Assembly: GCA_963669175.1 (NCBI GenBank)
Contig: OY769902.1
Coordinates: 3,456,001 to 3,520,000 of the forward strand
Length of the DNA stretch: 64,000 nucleotides
From: a bacterium
Lineage (GTDB): Bacteria; Electryoneota; Electryoneia; Electryoneales; Electryoneaceae
Reading direction: 5' to 3'
Position numbers and translations under genes: made by a program. Below the pieces are notes generated by a model. It saw nothing but the letters and a program-made list of their open reading frames with translations. It did no database searches and was not told the origin of the DNA. Numbering within the stretch: position 1 is the first letter of the stretch; every line of letters begins with the position of its first letter. Below are positions 50,041 to 59,041 of the stretch, piece by piece.

Positions 50041-51210
50041 ATGTTCGTTATTGTTCTGCTCACGGCGGTGCTGATTGGTTTTGGCGCTTGGGAATTTACA
50101 GTGCACCGCAGGCGCGTGATGTCGATCCCGATTCGCATCCACGTCAACGGCACCCGTGGGAAAAGCTCAGTTACCCGCCTGATTGCCTCTGGTCTTAGAG
50201 CCGGTGGGTTCCGCACTCTGGCCAAAGTAACCGGTACTCTCCCTCGTATCATTGATGAGCGAGGAATGGAGATACCGATCATCCGGTTACATATGGTCAA
50301 CATCATCGAACAGACCAAAGTCTTCCGATTCTTCGCCAACAGGCGACCACAAGCTATTGTGATCGAGTGTATGGCTGTTCAACCGGAATACCAGTGGATC
50401 TGTGAACACCAGTTCGTCACTGCAACGCTTGGCGTGATTACCAACGCCCGCATGGACCATGTTCGTGAAATGGGACCTTCCCTTGAGAACATCGCGAACT
50501 CGCTTTCCAATACGGTCCCTGCTGGCGCCACGGCAATCACCGCAGAAAACAAACCTGATCTGTTAAAGATCATGGAAAAGCGTGCAAAGGAGAACAAGAG
50601 CGATTTTGTCGCAGTCAATAGTGATGATGTAACGGATGACGACCTTCGTCGTTTCCGGTACATTGAACATCCGGACAATGTTGCCCTTGCACTTAGGGTT
50701 TGTGACGAGCTGGGAATTGATCGTGAAACGGCCTTGAAAGGCATGGTTGAGATGCATCCTGACCCGGGTGCACTGCATGTCCATCGGGTTGAGCATGATG
50801 GGAAGAAAATGATCTTCCTGAATGCGCTAGCCGCCAACGATCCGGAATCCACTCTGATGGCGTGGAAACGAGCCCTCGAGCTATATCCCAATAGCGGGAA
50901 ACAGATATTGTTGTTGAACTCACGTGGTGACCGTTTTGACCGAAGCGTACAACTGGTTGAGATGGTTGGCAAATACATGACGTTTGACCGCATGATTTCC
51001 ATGGGCGAGAGCACAGAGATGCTTGCACCGCATTTCAAACGGTTCGGTGTTCCATCCGAGAAGATTAATCGCGTGGGACAGTTGAAACCGGACAAAGCCT
51101 GGGATGCCATCTGGAGCGAAGTCGAAGATCGCGCCTTTGTTTTCGCATTAGGTAATGCCGGTCACGGCGGCCTGGCAGTGGCAGACTTGTTTAAAGCGCG
51201 CAGGAGCTGA
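50041..51210 (+). CDS. pgsB: Poly-gamma-glutamate synthase PgsB/CapB (Mur-ligase fold)
   Basis: N-terminal TM helix; RIHVNGTRGKSSVTRLI, IECMAVQPEYQ, ITNARMDH, AANDPEST. Confidence 0.93.
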   Translation: MFVIVLLTAVLIGFGAWEFTVHRRRVMSIPIRIHVNGTRGKSSVTRLIASGLRAGGFRTLAKVTGTLPRIIDERGMEIPIIRLHMVNIIEQTKVFRFFANRRPQAIVIECMAVQPEYQWICEHQFVTATLGVITNARMDHVREMGPSLENIANSLSNTVPAGATAITAENKPDLLKIMEKRAKENKSDFVAVNSDDVTDDDLRRFRYIEHPDNVALALRVCDELGIDRETALKGMVEMHPDPGALHVHRVEHDGKKMIFLNALAANDPESTLMAWKRALELYPNSGKQILLLNSRGDRFDRSVQLVEMVGKYMTFDRMISMGESTEMLAPHFKRFGVPSEKINRVGQLKPDKAWDAIWSEVEDRAFVFALGNAGHGGLAVADLFKARRS

Positions 51211-51212
51211 GC

Positions 51213-51665
51213 ATGGTTGATGTAGCAGTCGGTCTCGGGGTAGCGTTCAGCCTGTTGTTTAACGAAATCTTCGGTGTTTCCGCCGGCGGTATCGTTGTTC
51301 CGGGTTATGTTGCGCTTCACCTGAACAACATCTGGATGCTGGTCGGCACTTTGGTCGTCAGCTTTCTTACCTTTTTCTCCGTTCGCATTATATCGCAGTT
51401 TGTGTTCATATATGGACGGCGGAGACTGGTATTGTCGATTCTCCTCGGATTCATTTTTGGTTTCCTGCTGCGTAATTACATAGCCGGTCCCATTTACGAA
51501 TCCACGGCTGTACATCTTGAGGGGATCGGGTATATTATTCCCGGTCTGATTGCTAACTGGATGGAACGCCAGGGAGTGTTGCGAACGATTTCAGCAGTAA
51601 CAACAGCTTCTGTTGTTGTTCGCCTGGCCGTTATGATTATCGGAGGAGGAAAGATCATTGCCTAG
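51213..51665 (+). CDS. pgsC: Poly-gamma-glutamate biosynthesis membrane protein PgsC/CapC
   Basis: GVSAGGIVVPGYVAL, IYGRRR, IGYIIPGLIA, RQG; 150 aa; directly after pgsB. Confidence 0.93.
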   Translation: MVDVAVGLGVAFSLLFNEIFGVSAGGIVVPGYVALHLNNIWMLVGTLVVSFLTFFSVRIISQFVFIYGRRRLVLSILLGFIFGFLLRNYIAGPIYESTAVHLEGIGYIIPGLIANWMERQGVLRTISAVTTASVVVRLAVMIIGGGKIIA

Positions 51666-52785
51666 ACGATTCCGTCCTTCGATGCGTTCACAGAGAACGC
51701 TGATCATTCTCGGGGTAGTTTCCATACTCTGTTACCTGTGGGCTGAAAACTCGCTGGTTACCCTGGAAGCCCCCCATTTCGCAGAAAAAGTCAGCGCGGC
51801 ACAGCGCATGAGCGCCATGATGGACACGTTGCGCCAGGTTCAATACGCTCGTGGTATTTTCCCGGACGAGATAAACGACCCCAACCTGACAGCGCTGATT
51901 GGTCAGCAATACACAAAGATCACAACCGACATCGGTGACCTTGAAGCCAAATGGACAGCCTTGAATCCGAACATGGCTGCTGTGATGGTTGAGTATTTCA
52001 AGGAAGCCGGCCTGGTTTCTGGTGACGTGGTTGCAGCAGGTATTACCGGATCTCTTCCGGGGATGAACCTTGCATTCTATGCAGCATGCGAGGAGCTTGG
52101 TCTGCATCCGATTGTAATCACCTCGATTGGCGCTTCGTCCTGGGGCGCTAATGACCCCAGCTTCACTTGGCTGGACATGGAACAGAGCCTGATCGAACGT
52201 GGCATGGTCAAGTTCGTTTCAGTTGCTTCTTCCACTGGTGGTGGTGAAGACCTTGGTCGGCGTCTATCCCCTGAAGGTCGTGAACTGATCCGTCAAGCTG
52301 CCGAACGCAATGAAGTTCCTTTCATTGAAGAGGCGACAGTCGAGCAGTCTGTTGAAAAACGTATACAATTATACACAGAACACTCGCAGGGCGCCCCGAT
52401 AAAATTGTATGTTAATATTGGTGGCGGACTGGCATCATTGGGAAGCGCTGTGAACGGCGACTTGATTCCGCCAGGCCTGTCACAAAGACTGCCTGTATAT
52501 AATTATCCTCGTCGTGGCGCTATTAACATGTATGCAGACAGTGGTGTCCCGGTATTGCAGATCCTGAATATTGCAGACATCGCAAAGCAGTTCGATCTCC
52601 CCCGCACACCGGAACCGTTACCGGAAGCAGGTGAAGGTCGTCTGTTCAGTGAAGAACGATACAACTTGTGGGTAACTGTTGCAGCATTCATTATTGTAAT
52701 GATTACCCTGACAGTTGTTTTATACTTTGACCGGCGGACCCAGCGGCTGAATCGGCCGGGGGTAGATCCTGATACATTGATGTGA
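51658..52785 (+). CDS. pgsW: Poly-gamma-glutamate system protein (PgsW-like)
   Basis: DPNLTALIG...ITT..G.LEAK...NPN, GSLPG.N, SIGASSWGAN, NIGG; N- and C-terminal TM helices; overlaps pgsC. Confidence 0.8.
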   Translation: MPRRFRPSMRSQRTLIILGVVSILCYLWAENSLVTLEAPHFAEKVSAAQRMSAMMDTLRQVQYARGIFPDEINDPNLTALIGQQYTKITTDIGDLEAKWTALNPNMAAVMVEYFKEAGLVSGDVVAAGITGSLPGMNLAFYAACEELGLHPIVITSIGASSWGANDPSFTWLDMEQSLIERGMVKFVSVASSTGGGEDLGRRLSPEGRELIRQAAERNEVPFIEEATVEQSVEKRIQLYTEHSQGAPIKLYVNIGGGLASLGSAVNGDLIPPGLSQRLPVYNYPRRGAINMYADSGVPVLQILNIADIAKQFDLPRTPEPLPEAGEGRLFSEERYNLWVTVAAFIIVMITLTVVLYFDRRTQRLNRPGVDPDTLM

Positions 52786-52789
52786 TGAG

Positions 52790-53743
52790 ATGACTACGCT
52801 TCCCCGCAAAAAGATGTTTGTGGTTCGTCGGCTGCATGTAATTGCGGCCGGCTTGAGCCTGTTACTGCTATCGCTGTCAATGGCGGTCGCCGCACAGTGG
52901 GATGTTATTCGCCCTGCTAAAGGCGGTAGAAGAACCGTTCTGGTGATTGAAGACAAGGAATGGGCCTACTGGCGACTGAAACCCGGTCAGAGCATGTCAT
53001 TTGATCTGCAACCAGGTGAGTACAGGGTTATTACCCGCGCTGATTTGAGTGACACGAAACGGAAAGAAAGCACCTATACTTTCCGTATTGGCATTGATGA
53101 TCCCAAAGGCCGGTTATACAGCCGTGCCACCAGCAGGGATAAACAATCCCATGCGCGTGGCAAGGATCAATCTCGCATCGGAAAAAGCCGTACTGTCTAT
53201 CTGACATCGGAAAACGGCAACCAGACCATGACGATCAGCCTTGGCAAGGAAGCGCCACGCCCTGTCTATTTCAGGGTACAGGTGGAAGCCAAAGCTTATC
53301 GTTCAGGCACTGAGTACGTCGCTGTTACACCCAGCAGCTATCGTGACGCCCATAGCATCGCTACGAACGAAGACATCAACACGTATTACGCTGTTGATGA
53401 GGAACAACGTCTGACACTGGATGTTAACGGTCCGACGACGATAAGAGTGCTGGCGCGTTTAATGCTGGATGAAAGCATGCGCGGAGAAATCAAGTTCCCG
53501 TTGCAGGTTTTCGAAGACGGCGCCTTGAAAAACACGTATTCGCTGACGACCAGTGCATCACAGGTGTCCACTCTTATGGACAGGAACGATGTGCTTCCAT
53601 CACGCGGCGAATCTTTCTTTATCGAGGTACCTCGCGGACGTCATAAATACAACTTCGTTCCACCTGAGCGCCAGTTTGAGATCATGCTTCGGTTCTTCTT
53701 GCCGGAAGATGATCTCACCAACGAGCCTACCGCAGGCAAATAA
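52790..53743 (+). CDS. Hypothetical exported protein with two similar beta-rich domains
   Basis: Signal peptide ending ...AVAA-Q; internal repeat (W.VIRP...YW.L...RVITR / Y.AVTP...YY.V...RVLAR); 4 nt after the pgsW-like stop. Confidence 0.75.
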   Translation: MTTLPRKKMFVVRRLHVIAAGLSLLLLSLSMAVAAQWDVIRPAKGGRRTVLVIEDKEWAYWRLKPGQSMSFDLQPGEYRVITRADLSDTKRKESTYTFRIGIDDPKGRLYSRATSRDKQSHARGKDQSRIGKSRTVYLTSENGNQTMTISLGKEAPRPVYFRVQVEAKAYRSGTEYVAVTPSSYRDAHSIATNEDINTYYAVDEEQRLTLDVNGPTTIRVLARLMLDESMRGEIKFPLQVFEDGALKNTYSLTTSASQVSTLMDRNDVLPSRGESFFIEVPRGRHKYNFVPPERQFEIMLRFFLPEDDLTNEPTAGK

Positions 53744-53891
53744 GCGGTATTCGTTTGTCAAGTTTGAATTTTCAAGGCCTGCATGAAGACAAAGCGGGCC
53801 TTTATTGTTTATATTAGCATTAGTGGATTGAGTCACATGGATCGATCCACTTGATACGGCACACTTTGATTGTCAGCATGGGGAGTGAACC

Positions 53892-55001
53892 ATGAAAAAG
53901 ACACGCATCCGGCACGGTTTCGCAACACTGTTGATTGGCGCATTAACCGTTTCCATGATCCTGCCAGTACAATCCATGGCGCGTGCCTGGAACTGGAAAA
54001 AGGACACTGGTTTCAGCATCACCTACACCAGCGGTTACGACAGTAACATCCTTGAGTTAAGCGATGACGATATTGACCGGTTCGAGAACAATGAACTCCC
54101 CGGCTCAACTTCGCCCTCTACCTACGATGACCTGGTTCAGAATTTCGGCGCCAAGTTTAAGATCTACTCGCCCAAATACCTGGATTTCCGGCGCACACGG
54201 CTGTTTTACACGTTCGGTTACCAGTCATTTGCCGGGAACAAATACAACGATCGCGTCAGCCACTCCCTGTTCCTGATGCAGGACATTACCCGGAAAGTGG
54301 ACCTGGTGGCGAGTTATTTCTGGATTCCACAACGGTATCTGCGTGACTATTATGATCGCGACATGGGGCATATCTATCCCTGTGAATTCACCTATCACCT
54401 GTACTCGGCAGGATTACGTTTCCAGGTTACCAAACAGATTCGCCTGGACGGCCGCTACGAAGGCTACCAGGTGTATTACAACAGGTACTTCACGGAATAC
54501 GATTCCGAATCCAATGGTTTTCGCGTTGGACTCCAGGTGAAGGTTCTGCCCAAGTTGGTCTTTGATGGTGATGTCCGGTATCGTTGGGCGGATAATGTGG
54601 GCTTCGATCAAAATGAGATCGTGGCAAACAATGCTTCTCTTCTTGACGCGGAATATGGCGATGGCAGCTACGGAGAAGAATGGTTCGAGTACGGCTTGTC
54701 CTGGGAAACCCCTGAACTCCTTAATCGCACATGGGATGTGCAGGTGACTCACAGGTTACGGCATCGTTACTACACCAGCGACATGTCACTGGAAGATGAT
54801 CCGTTCCATGCTGGACGTGAACACTTGCAGCAGCGACTGTTTCTTGATGTGAACACCAGCATCGTTTCGGGACTGAGCGGCGGCATCGCACTCGAGTATG
54901 AGTGGCGTCGTACTGACTCACCAAACGATAAGGTTCCCGTAGTGAAGGACTTTGACGCCTACAGGGCCATGTTAAACTTCACAATCGAGATTTGGGATTG
55001 A
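53892..55001 (+). CDS. Hypothetical outer-membrane beta-barrel protein
   Basis: Signal peptide; GYDSNI barrel-entry motif; Tyr/Arg-rich amphipathic strands; C-terminal LNFTIEIWD; GGGAG RBS. Confidence 0.7.
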   Translation: MKKTRIRHGFATLLIGALTVSMILPVQSMARAWNWKKDTGFSITYTSGYDSNILELSDDDIDRFENNELPGSTSPSTYDDLVQNFGAKFKIYSPKYLDFRRTRLFYTFGYQSFAGNKYNDRVSHSLFLMQDITRKVDLVASYFWIPQRYLRDYYDRDMGHIYPCEFTYHLYSAGLRFQVTKQIRLDGRYEGYQVYYNRYFTEYDSESNGFRVGLQVKVLPKLVFDGDVRYRWADNVGFDQNEIVANNASLLDAEYGDGSYGEEWFEYGLSWETPELLNRTWDVQVTHRLRHRYYTSDMSLEDDPFHAGREHLQQRLFLDVNTSIVSGLSGGIALEYEWRRTDSPNDKVPVVKDFDAYRAMLNFTIEIWD

Positions 55002-55850
55002 TTCGATCCGATAGACAGTTTTCCGGGGGACGTGCCATCTTTGGTACGTCCTCTTTTTCTTCAAAGGACTGGGTTGGTACTTTCTATCCACCAGGGATAA
55101 AAATCGACCAACTTCATCGCCCATTATGCTACTATTTTCCCTTCTATTGAGATTGACGCGACCTATTACGGTGTCCCACGTGAAAGTATGATACAGGAAT
55201 TCATCGATAAAACACCGGAAAGCTTCATCATCTCAGCCAAGTTCCCAGGTGAAATCGTCCATGCCGGCAAATCATACACTCCCGATATTGCAAAGCTGCT
55301 GATCCCTGAATACACATATGAGACGCGTGATACCTTCCTCGAACGCATGGCAAAAATTGGCCCACGACTTGGTCCTCTCCTGCTGCAGTTCCCCTACTTC
55401 TCCAAGCGGCTATATAGTAATGCTGGGCCGTTTGTGGAAAGACTGGAACAATTTCTTTCAGATCTTCCGCAGATGCCTTTCAGGTATGCAGTTGAAATCA
55501 GGAATAGAACATGGTTGACAACACGTTTTATGGATATGCTTCGTAGGTACAATGTCGCGCTGGCATTGACTGATCATCCCTGGATGCCCCATGGTGATGA
55601 AATGCGATTCGATCCTGTGACAACTGACTTTGTTTACATCCGTCTTCTTGGCGATAGAAAAGCCATTGAGGAGATTACAACTTCTTGGGATAAAGTCGTT
55701 GTGGACAATTCTGACAGGATCGAACGATGGGCAAGCCTGATCAGAAAACTGGTTGAACGGGATCTTGTGGTGTACACCTATTCCAATAACCATTATTCCG
55801 GTCATGCGCCTGCCACGACGCGACAGTTAATGGAATTGGTGGAAAGGTAA
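54998..55850 (+). pseudogene. DUF72 family protein with a one-base frameshift near the 5' end
   Basis: The frame from TTG 54998 gives IFGTSSFSSKDWVGTFYPPG; another frame continues NFIAHYATIFPSIEIDATYYGVP...AKFP...LLQFP...YIRLLG...NNHYSGHAP; the switch occurs at AAAAA 55099-55103. Confidence 0.8.
55026..55060 (+). terminator. Candidate intrinsic terminator after the pgs-associated barrel gene, overlapping the DUF72 5' coding region
   Basis: GGGGACGTGCCA-TCTT-TGGTACGTCCTC stem plus TTTTT. Confidence 0.55.
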
Positions 55851-55859
55851 GCAGTTCTG

Positions 55860-56681
55860 CTAGAAGAGCTTGAGGAATCCTGTTACCACGAAATACAGGT
55901 AGACTCCAGGCAAGGCGAATATTGTAGAATCGAAACGGTCCAATGCACCTCCATGCCCCGGTAAGAGTTTACCTGAGTCTTTTACATTGGCAGTCCGTTT
56001 CGCCAGTGACGCCGCCAGATCGCCGACCTGTGACAGGACACCTACAATCAGTCCAAGCGCAATACGATCATGCAAGGCAAATGGAAGGTCGAAAGGCATG
56101 GCAGCGAAGATGTACCAGATCAGCACAACAACCACACCGCCAATACTGCCTTCAATGGTTTTCTTGGGTGAGATTTTCGGCGCAAGTGGATGTTTGCCAA
56201 ACAAGCGTCCTGCAAAGTAAGCGCCGCTATCCGTGAACCATACACCTGCCCAGATATACACGAAGACATACATGGCAAGCAGGTTATTCTCAGCCCAGAT
56301 ATACCCTTCACGAATCAGAACCAGGGTAATAAGCGGCAATGCAGCAAACGTGACTGAGAATATAGTTGTTGTAAAACTCCTGAAGCTGTCAGTAGTACTG
56401 TTTGTTACTGCAAGGATACCTGAGATCAAACTGAGTAGAAGCAAAATCGGAAGGAAAGCGCCTTCTCCCCAGATGTAAATCACTATCGGGGAAACCGCGC
56501 CGAAGAGCACGGCAAAAATCACAAATTCGAAACCGCAACGGAACATCCGTAATAATTCACGCTGAATAGCACCTGCCATGATAGCGACAAAGACTACCAT
56601 CACCCATCCCCCGAAGTATGCCATACCAAAGGCAATAGGGATTAGCAAGAAAGCTACACCAACACGTTTTACAAGCTCCAT
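55860..56681 (-). CDS. cdsA: Phosphatidate cytidylyltransferase
   Basis: DSGAYFAG, ISPKKTIEG, GDLAAS..KR..VKDSG.LLPGHGG.LDRFDS. Confidence 0.94.
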   Translation of the reverse strand: MELVKRVGVAFLLIPIAFGMAYFGGWVMVVFVAIMAGAIQRELLRMFRCGFEFVIFAVLFGAVSPIVIYIWGEGAFLPILLLLSLISGILAVTNSTTDSFRSFTTTIFSVTFAALPLITLVLIREGYIWAENNLLAMYVFVYIWAGVWFTDSGAYFAGRLFGKHPLAPKISPKKTIEGSIGGVVVVLIWYIFAAMPFDLPFALHDRIALGLIVGVLSQVGDLAASLAKRTANVKDSGKLLPGHGGALDRFDSTIFALPGVYLYFVVTGFLKLF

Positions 56682-56683
56682 GC

Positions 56684-57298
56684 TCAGCGTTCACCCATCT
56701 TGATGATCTTTGCGGTTACTTCACCGGTTCCGTCGTTGTACAAACCAATTCGTCGTGCTGCTGCTACACTCAAATCGATGATGCGTCCGTGTTTATATGG
56801 ACCGCGATCATTAACCCTGACACGTACCTTCTGTCCGGTCTTTTTATAGGTTACCTCAAGCACAGTCCCGAAAGGCAATTCACGATGCGCACAAGTTAGC
56901 GCATTCTGGTTGTAAATTTCACCGTTCGCAGTCTTTTTTCCATGAAATCCCGGACCGTAAAAACTAGCCCGCCCAGTCAATACCTGCCCTTGTCTGTATT
57001 TTCCCTGCTGTTCTGCCGTTGGCGCTACAACCGGTAAATCAATAATGCTTTTCACCTGTTCCAAAGGCTCAGGTGTATCCACAAGCGTATCTGTCGTCGC
57101 AGGTTCCGGCAGTTGTTCTATCGTCTTTTCCTGTACCACAGGTGGATCAGCTACAACCGGCTTTTGTGGTGGGGGTGTATAATTTTTAGAGGTATAGATC
57201 GGCATTGGAGTACACCCCCAAAGCCATAATCCAACCAGTATCCCCCCCAGCCCCAGGTACATCACAGGGCCATGCTTGCCACGGCCCCGGAAACTCAT
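56684..57298 (-). CDS. rlpA: RlpA family lipoprotein (septal lytic transglycosylase-like DPBB domain)
   Basis: Lipobox LWGC; ASFYG..FHG..TANGE, AHRELPFGT, VRVNDRGPY, RIIDLS. Confidence 0.88.
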   Translation of the reverse strand: MSFRGRGKHGPVMYLGLGGILVGLWLWGCTPMPIYTSKNYTPPPQKPVVADPPVVQEKTIEQLPEPATTDTLVDTPEPLEQVKSIIDLPVVAPTAEQQGKYRQGQVLTGRASFYGPGFHGKKTANGEIYNQNALTCAHRELPFGTVLEVTYKKTGQKVRVRVNDRGPYKHGRIIDLSVAAARRIGLYNDGTGEVTAKIIKMGER

Positions 57299-58245
57299 CC
57301 AGGTACACCATGCATGTAAGGCGAATCGGTTTTCAATGTTCCAGTCAGCTCTGAAATGGATTGAATACCTGCCTCCTCAAGGTAACACCCCAGACCGGCA
57401 TTCAGCTTCTCTGGAGTATTCGGATCTGCATAAAGCATCGTCCCGACCTGAACAGCCGATGCTCCAACGATGAAGAACTCAATAATGTCCTGCCAGGTTA
57501 CAATCCCCCCCAGCCCCACAATGGGAATGGAAATGGACTTATATGCCTCCCAGACTTTCGCTAACGCAATCGGTTTGATGGGCGGTCCGGAATAGCCACC
57601 GGTAATAGTCGCCAGTTTTGGGCGCCTGCTGCGGTAATCTACGGCCATCCCGACAACAGTATTGATCAGGCTGATGGCATCCGCACCGCCGGCTTCAGCC
57701 GCCTTTGCCCCATCTGTAACCGTTGCCACGTTAGGCGTCAACTTGGCCATGAACCAGCGATTGGTGATTGAACGAATCTTGCTGACCAATTCTTCGGTAA
57801 CCGCAGGATTCCTACTGAATGCCATTCCCCCCTCTTTTACGTTGGGACAGGAGATATTCAATTCATAGCCGTCAATACTATCAACTTCTTCCAATTTCCG
57901 TACTACAGTAAGATAATCCTCGACAACACGTCCCGCGACAGACACGATCACTTTTGTGCCAAGACCTGCTAATTTTGGGGCAACCGTAGCACAGAATTCA
58001 TCTACTCCCATATTGGCAAGACCGATACTGTTCAACAGGCCCGGACCAACCTCGGCAAGACGTGGTGGCGGATTTCCTTCCCAACGCACCGGAGCAATAC
58101 TTTTCGTAACAAATGCGCCCAAGTGTGATGGTGCGGCCAACTCCGCGTATTCGATGCCGTAACCGTAGCACCCTGAAGCGGCAATCACCGGGCTTTGAAG
58201 CTCAAGTGAGCCTAATTTCACCTTGATCGGGTTTTTATTTTCCAT
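57295..58245 (-). CDS. pyrD: Dihydroorotate dehydrogenase, family 1B catalytic subunit
   Basis: ASGC.GYG, GNPPPRL, LNSIGL.N, ELNISCPNV, KLTPNV, SLINT, GGYSGP; paired with pyrK. Confidence 0.93.
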   Translation of the reverse strand: MENKNPIKVKLGSLELQSPVIAASGCYGYGIEYAELAAPSHLGAFVTKSIAPVRWEGNPPPRLAEVGPGLLNSIGLANMGVDEFCATVAPKLAGLGTKVIVSVAGRVVEDYLTVVRKLEEVDSIDGYELNISCPNVKEGGMAFSRNPAVTEELVSKIRSITNRWFMAKLTPNVATVTDGAKAAEAGGADAISLINTVVGMAVDYRSRRPKLATITGGYSGPPIKPIALAKVWEAYKSISIPIVGLGGIVTWQDIIEFFIVGASAVQVGTMLYADPNTPEKLNAGLGCYLEEAGIQSISELTGTLKTDSPYMHGVPG

Positions 58246-59041
58246 GGGGTGACTCCACATCAAAGAGTGGAAATACCGGGCCATCGTGACAGACCAACTG
58301 GTATGATGTCGGTCCCCCCTTCACCCGTACCGCACATCCCTGGCAAACTCCTATGCCACACCCCATTTGTTGTTCAAGGGATACTTCCGCCAACATCAGT
58401 TTTTCACCTGGAGTGATTTTCTGCATGGCCAGCACTAGCCCCCACGGTCCACAAATATATACAGCGGTCTTTCCAAGTTTGCCTGATTCTTTCAGTGCTG
58501 TGAACCATTTCATTGCCAGCTCAGTAGCCAGGCCGGATGGTCCATCACCCGGCTTTTCGAGAATAATCTCAGCATCTTGTCTGGCAGTGTCATCCGGTCC
58601 AAGCGGAATATCTTCAGCGGTGCGTGCGCCAATGAGAAGATGTGTCTGTACGCCCTTTGCTTTCAGATGATCGTGAAGGTATACCATGGGCGGCACCCCA
58701 AGCCCACCACCCACCATGATTGCATGTTCCAGTGAGTCGGGCGCTGAGAAGCCTCTACCCAGCGGACCAAGCAGGCTTACGGTCTCTCCTGCGCTACGTT
58801 TAGTAAACTCTTCTGTCCCTGTCCCAACGACTCGCCACACCAGCTCAAGCTTATCCTCTTCCACTCTACCGATGCTGAGCGGCCTGCGCAGCAGGGGTAA
58901 AGTCGATTCCTTTATGCGTACATGAAGGAATTGTCCCGGGACGGCAGCGGCGCATATCTCCGGTGATTGCAGCCACATAGACCAGATGTGAGGAGCGATC
59001 CGGGTATTGGAGAGGACAACAGCATTCTCAAGTATTTTCAC
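58235..59041 (-). CDS. pyrK: Dihydroorotate dehydrogenase electron transfer subunit
   Basis: PGQF, LRRPLSI, GPLGRGF, GGGLG.PP, ICGP, MGCGIGVCQGC...VC.DGPVF [2Fe-2S] motif. Confidence 0.92.
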   Translation of the reverse strand: MKILENAVVLSNTRIAPHIWSMWLQSPEICAAAVPGQFLHVRIKESTLPLLRRPLSIGRVEEDKLELVWRVVGTGTEEFTKRSAGETVSLLGPLGRGFSAPDSLEHAIMVGGGLGVPPMVYLHDHLKAKGVQTHLLIGARTAEDIPLGPDDTARQDAEIILEKPGDGPSGLATELAMKWFTALKESGKLGKTAVYICGPWGLVLAMQKITPGEKLMLAEVSLEQQMGCGIGVCQGCAVRVKGGPTSYQLVCHDGPVFPLFDVESPHGK

